Origin: Macrostomum lignano
Taxonomy: Eukaryota
NCBI GenBank assembly: GCA_002269645.1
Contig: NIVC01000945.1
Location: 310,001 to 374,000 of the forward strand
Direction: 5' to 3'
Length of the DNA stretch: 64,000 bases
The first letter of the stretch is position 1. Each line of letters starts with the position of its first letter. Below are positions 1-42,843 of this stretch, in pieces. A model generated the notes under the pieces. It was not told the DNA's origin, did not search any database, and saw nothing but the letters and a program-made list of their open reading frames with translations. Made by a program: the position numbers and the translations under genes.

Positions 1-430
1 TTGACCCGCAAACCCCATGATCCTTGACCCACAAACCCCATGATCCTTGACCCACCAACCCCATGATCCTTGACCCACAAACCCCATTATCCTTGACCCA
101 CAAACCCCATGATTCTTGACCCACCAACTCAACGATCCTTGACCCACAATTTCCATGATTCTTGACTCACAAACGCCATGATCCTTGACCCACCAACCCC
201 AGGATTCTTGACGCACCAACTCAACAATCCTTGACCCACAAACCCCATGATCCTTGACCCACAAACTCAACGATCCTTGACCCACAAACCCCATGATCCT
301 TGACCCACAAACTCAACGATCCTTGACCCACCAACCCCATGATCCTTGACCCACAAACCCCATGATCCTTGACCCACAAACCCCATGATCCTTGACCCAC
401 AAACTCCATGATCCATGACCCACAAACCAA
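1..430. repeat. 23-bp minisatellite (CCCCATGATCCTTGACCCACAAA)
   Basis: Period read directly; PDE intron. Confidence 0.95.
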
Positions 431-487
431 TGACACGTAGAAGGGGCTGGATTCGCTAAGCATCAATCTTGACCCTAAACGACCCAG

Positions 488-831
488 GAGCTGGAGCGAG
501 TCAGCATCACGGCCCTGCTCTGCATCCCGGTGAAGAACGCAATATCCCAAGTGGTCGGGCTCTGCCTCCTGATGAACAAGCCTGACGGCAGCTCGTTCAC
601 CCGAGGCGATCAACAGCTGGCGGAGGCCTTCGCCCTGTTCTGCGGTCTCGGCATTCACAACACTCGCATGCACGAGAAAGCCGAGGTGGCCATGAAACGC
701 CAACGAGTCGCCCTGGAAGTGCTGAGCTATCACGCTGTAGCAAAGTTGGACGACGCTATTCGACTGTCCAAATGCCTGGTGCCGTCGGCTCGGTACTTGA
801 AGCTCAACGACTTCGCCTTCACTGATATCGG
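488..831 (+). CDS. PDE exon: GAF-B domain C-terminal half
   Basis: cag|GAG acceptor, GG|gtgagt donor; [17 protein letters not shown]...FAFTDIG. Confidence 0.9.
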
Positions 832-3508
832 GTGAGTGCAGAGTCGCTTCGGACTGTCGAGGACTTTTATAGCCTAGCACTGACAAGGACATCTATCTGT
901 AACCTGGGACTGTCGACGACCTCTGAAATCTAGCACTGGCAAGGATCTCCATAACCTAAAGCAGTCAAGATCATTTGTAGTCTAGGACATTCAAGGACCT
1001 CTGAACCGGCAAAGACCTCCATAACCTAGGACTGTCAAGGACCTCTAGGACTGACCTAGGACTTTCAAGGACCTTTATAGCAAGAATCATTAAGGATCCC
1101 TTTAAGGATCGATAAGGAAAAAGTACATCATAATTTTTTTTGTAACATTCTCAGCCTAAGTGATGACGAGACTCTAATCTGCGCCATAAAAATATTCGAA
1201 GACGCCGGAGCGTTCTCAGCCTTCAAAATCGACTACACCAGCTTCTGCCGATGGCTGCTGTCGGTCAAACGCAACTATCGCAGTGTCACTTACCATAACT
1301 GGCGCCATGCACTGAATGTCACACAGACTATGCACGCTATGCTGAAGGTGAGGCCTCGCTTCGCTTGAAAAACATACTGCCAGTTAGATGGCGGTGAATG
1401 GATGAGGACGGATGGATACTGGGAGGTAGGGAGGGAGAGATGAATGGAGGGAGAGATAAGGGGAGGCAGAGATGAATGGGGCAGAGATGAAGAGAGGCAG
1501 AGATTAAGAAAGGCAGAGATGAAGGGAGGCAGAGATGAAGGGAGGCAGAGATGAAGAGAGGCAGAGATGAAGGGAAGCAGAGATGAAGGAAGGCCGAAAT
1601 GAAAGGAGGGAGAGATGAAGAGAGGCAGAGATGAAGGGAGGCAGAGATGAAGAAAGGCAGAGATGAAGGGAGGCAGAGATGAAGAGAGGCAGAGATGAAG
1701 AAAGGCAGAGATGAAGGGAGGCAGAGATGAAGGGAGGCAGAGATGAAGGGAGGCAGAGATAAAGGGAGGCAGAGATGAAGGAAGGCCAAAATGAAGGAAG
1801 GGAGAGATGAAGGGCCGATACAGCACACGGAAAGAATGCAACATCAGCAAAGACAATTTGAATTCACTGCAGTCTTCAACGGAGCTCAGAGCCCTGAACC
1901 GGCTGGACAAGATGGCCCTGCTGATCGCCTGCCTCTGTCACGACTTGGACCATCGAGGCACCGACAACAAATTTCAGAAGCTGACCCTGTCGCCACTGGC
2001 TCAGCTGTACAGCTCGTCAATGCTGGAGCGGCACCACTTCAACCAGTGCATCATGCTGCTGTCCATTTCCGGCTGTGACATCCTGTCGCCCCTCACCCAG
2101 CCGCAGTACGAGTGCTGCATAGAAACCATTGAAAAGTGCATTCTGGCCACGGATCTGGAGAGGCACTTTCAAGTTAGGTGAGTCACTCCGAGTCCCAAGT
2201 CACTCCGAGTCCCAAGTTATGATGTGTTCCTTACTACCAAGAATTTCTAAGTAATCAAGGAACAATCACTTCTAGCTACTGCTTGGCAACCCAGTAATCA
2301 AATGAAGGTATCTCTTACCTTGAGTTCTGATCAGTAGATCTCTCCGGTGCGTAGTTCTCTGTCTCAATCTGTTCAGACATCTAGATCTAGTTGTTCTGGT
2401 CCAGGTTCCTTTTTACTTGCAATGAAGTAGTTTCCGGTCGGTATCTGTAGTTCGGACCAATCAGAAGCTTCGTATTAACAACGGGGATCCCGACGGGTTC
2501 CCCTAGAAACCAACGGGTTTCTAGCAGTGCCTTAATTCCCTCTAGGTATAGCTCCGGTAATCACTGATAGTCTTCTTATGACTATCAGGGTAGTCATTCT
2601 GAAGACTACAACCAATGGAGTCTCAATAGACTCAACAACAACAATTATATTGAGTCGACTCAAACACCTGGCGCAAATGAGTAAGGCTTACCGCAAGAAC
2701 TCAGCCGAGTCTCGGTTGACTTGGTCTGAGGGAAGTTCCTCGCCGACTTCCTCTTCGGAGCTCTTCTTCCCTCGGGAAGGTTCTCAGTTGTAGCTCCGGT
2801 CCGCTTCGGACCACTTGTATTTATAGGCAGCTTTTGCAAAATATAAATAGCAGCATGATTCATCTTTTTGGTATAAATAGTAACAAGACTCGTCTTTGCA
2901 TTATAAATACTAAAATGACAATTTTTGCGTTATAAGTAGTAACATGATTTCTTTCTGCATTATAAATAGTAAGGTGATTCATTGTTCGTTATACATAGTA
3001 ACATGTTTCATAGTTTCCGTTAATATAGTAACTTGACTCACGCTTTAAGTTCCGCTGCGCATGTTTGCATTAGTCTACTTACAGTAGCACTCTATGAATA
3101 AACTACATAAACACTTTTTATTCTTTTTGTGGGAAGTAGAACACTATACAGTCACTCCGAGTCCCTAATAAAAAGTCATAAAATTTCTAAGAACCATCTT
3201 CTGAGCCATAAAAGTCCCTAGCCCTAGCAACTAGTACATGCACTACCCCAAGTTTTTCCTAAAGGTCATCGCCACCCGCATCCGCAGGAAGCAGATCCGT
3301 CAGATCATTGACACCGGCAGCTTCGACATCTCGTGCCCAGAACACGCGGACATACTGTACGGCCTGCTCATGACCGCCGCGGACCTCAGTGCAATCACCA
3401 AGCCTTGGAATGTTCAGTACAAGACCGCCCACTTGGTTGCCAATGAGTTCTACGAGCAGGGCGATAGAGAACGGAGCGAACTCAACATGCAGCCGGAGGT
3501 AAGAGATT

Positions 3509-3595
<87 letters not shown>

Positions 3596-3935
3596 GACAG
3601 ACAGACAGACAGACTCTCTCCTCACTCCCACAGGATCTGAAGGACCGGGACAAGCGGATGCGTCTCCCTGCGATGCAAGTTGGCTTCATCGATTTCGTCT
3701 GCCAGCCAGTTTACACGGTGAGCGCCACCAACCGATACTAAAATTATTTTCAGCTTACTTATAGTAGCATTATTTGCAAATTCCAATTCTAAAAAAATGG
3801 AATTCTTTATTTGAATTTCAGATGCTCTGCGAGTTGTGCACCGGTTTGGAGAGCCTCAGAGATGGTTGCCAAACCAATAGAAAGCAATGGGACTCCCTCA
3901 TTGACAGATCCTCCGCTGAAGGAGTTCGAGGATGA
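488..3935 (+). CDS. GAF-domain cyclic-nucleotide phosphodiesterase, PDE5/6/11 clade (3' part; 5' exons lie before the window)
   Basis: Exons 488-831, 1155-1347, 1873-2177, 3288-3498, 3634-3717, 3822-3935, all GT-AG with matching phases (2,0,2,0,0). GAF-B segment (LLCIPVKN...[10 protein letters not shown]...[16 protein letters not shown]) and catalytic motifs [54 protein letters not shown] at 3933-3935. Confidence 0.95.
1155..1347 (+). CDS. PDE exon: start of catalytic domain
   Basis: tcag|C acceptor, AAG|gtgagg donor; [23 protein letters not shown]; not shown in the ORF track. Confidence 0.95.
1435..1812. repeat. 16-bp minisatellite (GGCAGAGATGAAGGGA)
   Basis: PDE intron. Confidence 0.95.
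1873..2177 (+). CDS. PDE exon: metal-binding HD motif
   Basis: tgcag| acceptor, AG|gtgagt donor; [14 protein letters not shown]...LERHHF...ILATDL. Confidence 0.95.
3288..3498 (+). CDS. PDE exon: DLS..TKPW / EFYEQGD
   Basis: ccgcag| acceptor, GAG|gtaaga donor. Confidence 0.95.
3509..3614. repeat. (GACA)n microsatellite
   Basis: Fills most of the 135-bp PDE intron 3499-3633. Confidence 0.97.
3634..3717 (+). CDS. PDE exon containing the invariant substrate-binding Gln
   Basis: cacag| acceptor, ACG|gtgagc donor; [17 protein letters not shown]. Confidence 0.93.
3822..3935 (+). CDS. PDE terminal coding exon
   Basis: tttcag|ATG acceptor; GCQTNRKQW; TGA 3933-3935; AATAAA at 3938-3943. Confidence 0.88.
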   Translation: MLCELCTGLESLRDGCQTNRKQWDSLIDRSSAEGVRG

Positions 3936-3977
3936 AAAATAAATTTCTTATTTATGTTGAATCGTAGAAGATATACG

Positions 3978-4075
3978 ACAGCTATGAGTATAGATATGAC
4001 ACAGCTATGAGTATAGATTTGACACAGCTATGAGTATAGATATGACACAGCTATGAGTATAGATATGACACAGCT
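3978..4075. repeat. 23-bp repeat x4 (GACACAGCTATGAGTATAGATAT)
   Basis: Just 3' of the PDE stop. Confidence 0.9.
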
Positions 4076-4727
4076 GTGTGCCATGATGCAGCCAAGACTT
4101 TATACATCAATTGAATAGTTTTTCTCTGGTCTGAAACAAACCACAGCCTTCAAGAAACATGCACTATGTGCTTGTGAAACATATTCTTTGTTCCATTACA
4201 GGCATATCTCAAAACACCATTTTTCAAAAAAGTAAAAAATACCAGTATTTTCACCCTTGTAAAGCTATCAATATAACGATTTGAAAATTGACAAAAAATA
4301 TTTTTGAAACTCTGTTTTGCACATTCGATTGTGATTTTGCTAATTATAGATTGATACTATTAAGCAAATAAACAGCTTTATTGTAAAGATTTTCTTTTGC
4401 TAATCTCTTTCTATATGTATTTTGCTTATCTTACTAAAAGCAGTACAGAGTATTGTTAGAAATATCAGTTTTATGTATTGTGGGGAACAATTAGTACTTT
4501 TTTGTCACAAAGTACACACTAATCACGTTTAGCATGCATTGAGTGCATGGCAATGAGATCACTTGTGCTAGCCTTAGCTTTGAGATGCTTTTGTACAACT
4601 CCTGTAGAATTTGTTTTGCCTTTGATAAGTTTTTTGAATGAGCTTTTTCAGTTTATCAGTTATTCTATACATCAATTTTTCATGGTCTTTGTTTCCTCTT
4701 CTGGATAGAACAAAGTTCCTCTACATC

Positions 4728-4843
4728 CGTGTCTTTGTTCCTTCACTTCCGTGGCTTTGTTCCCTTCACTTCCGGGTCTTTGTTCCTTCACTTCCGGGTC
4801 TTTGTTCCTTCACTTCTGGGTCTTTGTTCCTTCACTTCCGGGT
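4728..4843. repeat. 22-bp repeat (GGGTCTTTGTTCCTTCACTTCC)
   Basis: Between PDE and coe 3' ends. Confidence 0.9.
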
Positions 4844-5447
4844 TTTCCTACTTCCACTGTCTGGACTCCGAAATTATTGTTTCGTGATTCACTCTTCAGC
4901 GAAGATTCCAGTCATACTGGGTAAGTTTTCATACTTACTAGACAAGGACTATTTATTGTCAGAGTTCAGTAAAATTAAATAAGCAAAAACCCGTTAGAAG
5001 TAGGTCTTACAAGCAGATAGATTTGAGGGATTATTTATACATATTTTTCAATGCCGTAAAAGTACAATAGATTTATTCTTATAAAATATAACACAGTTCC
5101 CTTACAAAGACAAAGACAAGCATCAAAAACCTGGTGACAACGGAAACAGATAGCAGAATTGGATAATTAGCACTTTAATAAATAAGCAAACGACAGCTGA
5201 TGTACTTTGTAAAATGTACTTTTTCCACTGCAATTATAAGTCGCACTACTAGAAAAAAGAGATGAATTACAGCAATTAGAAATTTACAGAGCAGATTAAC
5301 TTTAGTTTACAAAGGACAAACGAAATTTAATCAAATTAAGCGCGGGACCAACAGTTCTTGTTTTACATTATAACAAACGGAGACAGTGTGATATGAGTCG
5401 GGCGCGAGCTGGAGATGATATGTTGGCATGGTCCGTGGTTGCCATGG

Positions 5448-35304
<29,857 letters not shown>

Positions 35305-35307
<3 letters not shown>

Positions 35308-35355
35308 GCTCAAGCCTGGTTGGTTATGCAAATTGTGTTACAGACAGACGCGGCG
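35305..35355 (-). CDS. coe: COE start exon: UTR plus only the ATG
   Basis: tctctttgttag| acceptor, ...AGC ATG|gtgagc donor; in-frame TAA at 35338-35340 upstream of the ATG; joins in phase 0 to GAA ATA ATC. Confidence 0.65.
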
Positions 35356-35984
35356 CTAACAAAGAGACGGCCTGGCAACCACTTGTAATAATTACTGGTA
35401 TATAGTAAATACACCCTAATAGTTTAAATATGTCCCTGGTGGGAAAAAATCTCCCAATAGAGGAAGCAGTATGTTAAGATAGATGAGAGATGCTGCGAGC
35501 TGCGAGGCTGTGATGAGGCCGCTGTGTGAGCCTAGAAAATATCTGTTCCTCCAGGGACTGCGATGACCGCTTCTGTTGCTGCTTCCGCAATGATTGAATT
35601 TCTCGTGGGAGATCTCCTATTGCCCTGCAGTTCCGTCTCCTCAGCTTAATACCCACCCCTCACCTACACACGTCTCACTGGGCTGGGGGGAGGCTGGGGG
35701 TTGGGCCGGTGAGACCACCATCGGGTCATCGCAGCGGCCCATCGCCTCATCCTATCCAATTGCGGTTGCTCTGTCGCCGCCCCCCAAGTTGAAAGCCAAT
35801 TATCGACCAGAGATGGTGGGATCTGGGAAATTCAACGGAGCCAATGAGAGGGCAGCTCGGAGTTTCAGGAGAGAAGTGAATTCAGTGGGGATTTTCTTTA
35901 GACAAGTTGAACAGTCAATACACCAGCAGGCTACAACAGAGTCTGTGAAGGTAATTTCAGGAAGCCCAAGTCCCAACGAGGGGC

Positions 35985-36895
35985 GAATCCCGGGGATCAA
36001 GACTCAGGTGGTTGGGCGGATCCCAGGGATCAAAACTAAGGAGAGGGCGGATCCTGGGGATTAAGACTTAGGAGCGGGCGGATTCTTAAGATAAAACTCG
36101 GGATGGATCCCAGGGATCAAGACTCAGGAGGGGGCGGATCCCGGGGATCAAGACTCGAGTGGGGGCGGATCCCGGGGATCAAGACTCAGAAGGGGGGCGG
36201 ATCCCTGGATCAAGACTCAGGAGGGGGGGCGGATCCCTGGATCAAGACTCAGGAGGGGGGGCGGATCCCTGGATCAAGACTCAGAAGGGGGGCGGATCCC
36301 TGGATCAAGACTCAGGAGAGGGCGGATCCCTGGATCAAGACTCAGGAGGGGGCGGATCCCTGGATCAAGACTCAGGAGGGGGGGCGGATCCCTGGATCAA
36401 GACTCAGGAGGGGGGGCGGATCCCTGGATCAAGACTCAGAAGGGGGGCGGATCCCTGAATCAAGATTCAGGAGGGGGGCGGATCCCTAGATCAAGACTCA
36501 GGAGGGGGGGCGGATCCCTGGATCAAGACTCAGGAGAGGGCGGATCCCTGGATCAAGACTCAGGAGGGGGGGGCGGATCCCTGGATCAAGACTCAGGAGG
36601 GGGGGCGGATCCCTGGATCAAGACTCAGGAGGGGGGGCGGATCCCTGGATCAAGACTCAGGAGGGGGGGCGGATCCCTGGATCAAGACTCAGAAGGGGGG
36701 GCGGATCCCTGGATCAAGACTCAGGAGGGGGGGGCGGATCCCTGGATCAAGACTCAGAAGGGGGGCGGATCCCTAGATCAAGACTCAGGAGGGGGGCGGA
36801 TCCCTGGATCAAGACTCAGAAGGGGGGCGGATCCCTGGATCAAGACTCAGGAGAGGGCGGATCCCTAGATCAAGACTCAGGAGGGGGAGGATCCC
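35985..36895. repeat. About 30-bp G-rich array (GGCGGATCCCTGGATCAAGACTCAGGAGGG)
   Basis: Upstream of the coe ATG exon; variable G-run. Confidence 0.95.
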
Positions 36896-37227
36896 GGTGT
36901 CATTACCTATTGGGGGCTAATGAGGCTATGGTCTATCAGTTTCATAACAACATTTGCTTGATCCCCTACACAAAAGTTCCTAATCGATTATTGACGTCTG
37001 AATCGTACAATATTTATATTTATTCATCGACCGAAAATGTTATGAAATACGCTTTATTTAATATAGCACAAAATTTAAATTATCACACGATGAAATTACC
37101 ACGACTACTGATTAAAACTACTAAAAGTAGTGTATGAGTTTTAAAAATAACTACATGTTATAACAAAGTAAAACCCCCCAACTGCGTAATAATGCACATT
37201 TTTGAATTCTAGAGACTGCAGTGCATG

Positions 37228-37680
37228 CATACCCTCTGATGCTAAAACATACCCTCTGATGCTAAAACATACCCTCTGATGCTAAAACATACCCTCTGAT
37301 GCTAAAACATACCCTCTGATGCTAAAACATACCCTCTGATGCTAAAACATACCCTCTGATGCTAAAACATACCCTCTGATGCTAAAACATACCCTCTGAT
37401 GCTAAAACATACCCTCTGATGCTAAAACATACCCTCTGATGCTAAAACATACCCTCTGATGCTAAAACATACCCTCTGATGCTAAAACATACCCTCTGAT
37501 GCTAAAACATACCCTCTGATGCTAAAACATACCCTCTGATGCTAAAACATACCCTCTGATGCTAAAACATACCCTCTGATGCTAAAACATACCCTCTGAT
37601 GCTAAAACATACCCTCTGATGCTAAAACATACCCTCTGATGCTAAAACATACCCTCTGATGCTAAAACATACCCTCTGAT
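37228..37680. repeat. Perfect 20-bp array, about 22 copies (CATACCCTCTGATGCTAAAA)
   Basis: No variants seen. Confidence 0.97.
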
Positions 37681-40587
37681 CAGCAAATGCTCTGATCCTA
37701 ATAAAACATCCACTAATCATCTCCAAAAACGTTTTCCTTTGATTCAAATGTGTTACCTTTTCTATTAAACGAGTCTAACCCTGAAATCTGTATTAGAATT
37801 TGAAGCAATAAATATATTTATATGTATTAAAAGTTATGTATTTTATGTTTACACACAGATTAAGTAAAAAAAGACACTTAAACTCATTTAAACGTAAGCT
37901 AGTCACGAGTACTCTACTCAAAAAGTAGTCATTGAAGCATTTATTTATGCGTGTTAAAATTTGAAACAAAAACCTGTTTACTCGGCGTAAAAATTTATAA
38001 CTTTGCCTTTTATCGCATCAGGAAATTATGAGGAACCTGTAGCACGTTTCTGAACTGTTGCTCAAAAAAACTATAACTGAAAATCTCAACAAAACAAACA
38101 AAAATTATTCAGAATACTAGAATAACAAAATCAAAATTGATTTGAGAAAAACACTGAGAACCAGAAATGGAGTGTAATTGTCTAAGAAGGTGCTAATTTT
38201 CTAATAGAATTTGAGATTAAAGTGTGTGACGGGCATAATAAAATATCTAGGATTGCGCAAATTGATAAATATGCAGATTGCAAACGTGCGTTTCAATACT
38301 TTTTTATTAAATCGTGTTTTAAGTTGACTTGCAACTTATTTACAGAGCACAGCGAACCAGTTGAGATGATGAGCCATAGGCAAAAACAAATTAAGCGTGC
38401 TATAATACTAAATAACTAAGTTTTAAGCGCGCTACTCATCTAAGTAGCCTGAGTAGACAAAATGATACCAAAAAACTCGAATAAAAGTTAGTTTAGAATC
38501 ATTAATACACGCGCAACAACTATTCACAGAGCAAATCACAGCCTTCTTTGATGATGCCTTAGTTTAGACAAGTTTGATAGCAGAGTTACAAAAAAGAGCA
38601 CAAAAAGCAACCATTACAGGGTGAGTTTGAGTAAAAATGAGGCGATTTTCGGTGAGATATTAATGACTCGCCCTAGTGAACAAATGGAAGAAATGTACAA
38701 GTTCGGAAATGCTTCACAGCATCGTCAGTGTATAGATTGGCAGGTAATAGTGCATTAGGCCAAGCTAACAGAGTCGATCGCTAAATTTCCATGTGTGAAA
38801 TTGTTTCTTTAATTGTTGCACAGACTTGTCAATCAATCATGTACTACTAATATGCGCTGGCGAAACTGTACTGTAAAACTAAGATGAAATCGATGAAACA
38901 GATGAGTAAGAATGAGGAAAGAATGGTTAAATAACCTTAACTACGGAACAACTTCTTTACAAAAGTGACATTATAAAAAAGATAGGGAAACTAATTAAGC
39001 ATAAAAAATCAGATCTGTCAAAGCAGCAAAAATATGTACAGTTTAAGGCAGCAGAAGGGTGAAATAAAAGCCAGTGTCACAAAACAGTTCTAAAACTATA
39101 TAAGCATTATAGAAAGTTGCGCTGCTAATTGTGAAAAACATGTTATATACATTTTGCCTAATATACATTCGTGATAGTACATGTCAATTGCACCTTGTTG
39201 ATATGAGCATTGTTATTAATCTATAGTCATAGCATACAAAGGGTGCAAATCCATAATAAGCAGTACAAATACCAGTAGCTATACGGTAGTTACAGTCAGT
39301 GGAAGACCTTGTGACGTTTGTTGCCGCATGTGAGAAAAACAACAAGCAAAAAAACTGTACATGGCATTCATAAAGTTACTAATTAAAACAAAGTTCTCTG
39401 TATACTATATCGACGAACTAAGCTGTCAAACACAATAGCGCTTATTGATGAATAATGATAGTAGATACCTTAAATACAATACGAAATACTGAGACAGACA
39501 ACAAAATCCTGGAATGATGCTGAGTAGAAATGTCAAGTACTACGTAGAAATATTTAACCTATAATTCAATATTTTCATAGATATTCATTAGTATTATATT
39601 CTATTATTTAAATATTCACTTCTTAGCTTTGCCAAACTTCCAGTTGAAGTTTTGCGATATGGTATGGTATTATAGTTAATAAAAAACTTAGCCACTAAAA
39701 CAATTACATATTCACAGTCCATACTCACTACTCCGCGGCTGAAGTCAGCTCTGCGTTCATTCTAACCTCTTTCTTTTCTTCTATCTTCTTCTAGATCAGA
39801 TTCGCAGATGGGTCTGCCCATACCAGACGCTAATAGGTGTCACCAGGTTCCTGTTTAGATGCTGCATTGCCGATTGGAAGTTTGCCAGCGAACAAAACGG
39901 AAGCTATTGGTTTCGTTGCAGCTATATTTATAGCAGTTTGCACCCAGCTGCACACTGTAAACAGATTATAAACACAATTCTATATAAAGCAATCATAATT
40001 AAAACTGAAAATTTCAAGCATATATAGTTTGCTTCCAAAGCTTACCACTTTTGTAGAGATTAAATCTCTGATAGAAGCTGTGCAGGTAGGAAGCAGCAGC
40101 TTACCCGCGGCCTCTCCTAGCCAAGCCAAGAGCCAAGGCCGATGCAGCGCCTCGAGTTCTCCAGACCTTAACCTATTTGCTTTAAATAGCGAGACAGAAT
40201 CGCCTGAAATTGGGGGGGGGGGGGGGTGGTGGGTTGAGATCGGGCTGCGAGGGGTGGAGGGGCGGGGGCGGCACCTTCCGCGGGGCCTCCGCCCAAGCCC
40301 AGCCAAACCGAACCAAAGCCTCCCCCCCAACCCACCACCCCATTGCCCCAGGCGAGTCCAGCAGCACCGCACCCCAGTGCGCAGCTGCAGGACTGCAGGA
40401 TAGGCTAGGTAAGTGATTAAAACCTAAACGCAAACAAGCACAGCACAGCAGGCGCAAAGGTGAAGAGAGAAAGATAGACAGAGAGAGAGAGATGGAATCG
40501 ATTTTCTCTGCTCGATAGCTCACCGCCCACAGCGCACGCTAAGAAGTGAGCCATGCAGCCAGTCAGCCGCCAATTTACCTTCCTTAC

Positions 40588-40646
40588 CTGTCTATACCTG
40601 TCCGCCTGTCTGACCCGACCCAAACGTCTACCTTCTCTTTCACCAG
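40588..40646 (-). other. Candidate non-coding 5'-UTR exon of coe
   Basis: ctctttctctcag| acceptor and CAG|gtaagg donor, no ATG, GC-rich setting. Confidence 0.3.
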
Positions 40647-41280
40647 CTGAGAGAAAGAGCGAGAGAGAGGCAAAACAAGTAAGCAGCGCGTCTCAGTCGC
40701 GATATGCGTGGGCAGTTGCGGCAGCAGAAGTGGACACCCTCCTCTCTCTCTCTCTCCTTACAGACCCCAAGCGCCCTCATGCCAAAAAACTTCGTAGCAA
40801 TCGCTTTATAGATTTTGGGTTTTTGATTAGATATAGAGCACCTCGGCACAACCAGGGAATCCTATTTGTTTCACCAGGAACCGACACTGGTCCCGCCCCA
40901 CCCCACCTCCCCTACAAGTTGAGGCCCAAGCCTTCGAGCCTTCGAGACGCGGGAGTTTTTGTGAGTAAACCCTTCCTTGTAGGGAGTGGGGACGAAAAAT
41001 AAGGACACCGAAGTTTATGTGCACAGTAAAAAGCAGAATGGGCAGGAGATCCTCGCTGCGCTCCTGTGTATGTACGAGTTCGTGAAACAAAGAGCCTTTC
41101 CTGGGGGACGGAAGTGCATAGGAAAACTAATGTGCGTTCTTCCCTCACACTGTACTCTACTGCATATTATTCACTGTTCTTTGCCCCTATATACATTGCG
41201 AGTTTGTCTCGAAGGGCACTGACTCGCAGTCTTCTCAATTCCACTCTATCGCATTTTGAAACTACCTGATCGTTCCCACT

Positions 41281-42843
41281 ATGGGCTACAAGTGCTGCGT
41301 TCCTCTGCGTCATCAACTATGCTCGCTATGAGAAGAATCCAACCGTGACTATCCACAAGTTTCCATCATCTACGCAGTTGGAGCTCCTGAATAAGTGGAT
41401 CACGGCCATTCCAAGCGTGTGGACCGATTCCGAGTTGGAGCAGCTGAGAACAAACCCGAACCACAGCTACAGGGTCTGCTCGCTTCACTTCCCTGAGAAG
41501 TACTTCGTGATCAACTCTCAGGACTCCAATCCCCACCGCAAACGGACCGAAGCAGATGGTCAGCCTGCAGGCAAGCTAAAGCTTCGGCGTCTAGCCGCTG
41601 ATGCCCTGCCTTGCATCTTCCCAAATGCACCCTCCTACCTGAACAAGACCATCACTGAGGAGCGCCCCACTCAGCTGGCATCGGCCGAGACCCGCCGGGA
41701 GAACGACACGAGGCGGTGCGAGGAAGAAGCAACAGCGACAGAATCCGACAAACCTGGAGAAGACAAACGTCCAGCACGATACCAATGTTTTCAGCGAGTC
41801 CACAGTGGAGGCTGCCAAGTTCCACAGGTTTCCCATCGGTCTGATCACCTTACAGCTCATTCTGAGTCTGTGGACGATGTGGAATGTTAGGACCACGAAG
41901 AAGGCAAAGGAGAAGCGGCTTCCGGACGCTGCTCCGTTGGTTGTAAATGATCCAAGGCTCTCAAAGCTGCGCCAGTTTGCCACTTTTTTTCATCGATGGG
42001 AGAAGTCAAAGCTGCCTGGCTTGACTGCTCCTACATTCTTAGCCGTGAGATCCTGCTGCCTCACAGGCTGCATTGTCAGCGATTGGATTGAGCGCCGCTT
42101 CGGTCGCTACCGCCAATTTCACGGTGGCAACTTCTTCATTTCCGTGCGTCAGATCTTTCAGGTGGAGAAGATCCGCATCTCGATCTTGCTCAAGTTTCAT
42201 GGACTTAAGCTGAGGGACTTTCAAATTCTTGATCAAGGAAATCCGTCTGACTTCTCAAGCCAACTGTTGTCTTTGTCGCTGCCTGGCCTGGAGCATCTGA
42301 GTGCTGCTCTTTCATCAACTGATCTGAACCTGTGCTCCTATCTTGGTGGGTATGTCGCGAAGTCTCTGTGTGGTCAGCTGAAGTGCCAGGATTGCAGGAA
42401 CTTCCTGGTCACTGCCGACTATTTGGAGTTCCTAATCCTATCCGATGATGAGGCCCGCGCTGAGGATTTTGCCTTGATCCAGATGCGTGATCGTTGTGGT
42501 CTGAAGTGCCCCAGTGACTTCTTGTTTCTTTTAATGAAGGTATCCTACTTCGTGTTCGGCCACCTGAAGGATAAGAGTTTGCTGACTGCTGATCTGCTGT
42601 ACTCAGGAGGAGCCGTTCAGAGTATCGTGGAGCTCTACCAAGATTGCATCAGCAGATCCGGTGAGTTCCGCGACATGCTGAAACAGAAGTGTCCTTGCGG
42701 AAGACCTGGGGTTATTTTCTCCTCCAGGATCCTCACCCCAGCAGTCAAGAATCTATCTGAAGAATTTCGTGAATGAGACCAACGACAACTTGAAGAACGA
42801 GAAAGCTTTAAAGAGAAAGAAGGTAAAGTTATCGGGTGAGTGA
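41281..42843 (+). mobile_element. Internally deleted, frameshifted P-element/THAP9-type transposase (non-autonomous); possible ends 41117 and 43060
   Basis: THAP domain MGYKCCVP/CVINY...HKFP...W...RVCSLHF with a frameshift near 41305; jump near 41750 to NLEKTNVQ..VFSESTVEA; DWIERRFGRYRQFHGGNFFISVRQ; C-terminal C-x2-C and KRKK tail after another frameshift near 42750. Weak TIR pair CATAGGAAAAC / CATAAGAAATC; TSD only 5/8. Confidence 0.85.

Noticed and set aside
37228-37680. Regular repeats suggesting a CRISPR array
   Set aside because: No unique spacers, no cas genes, eukaryotic context.
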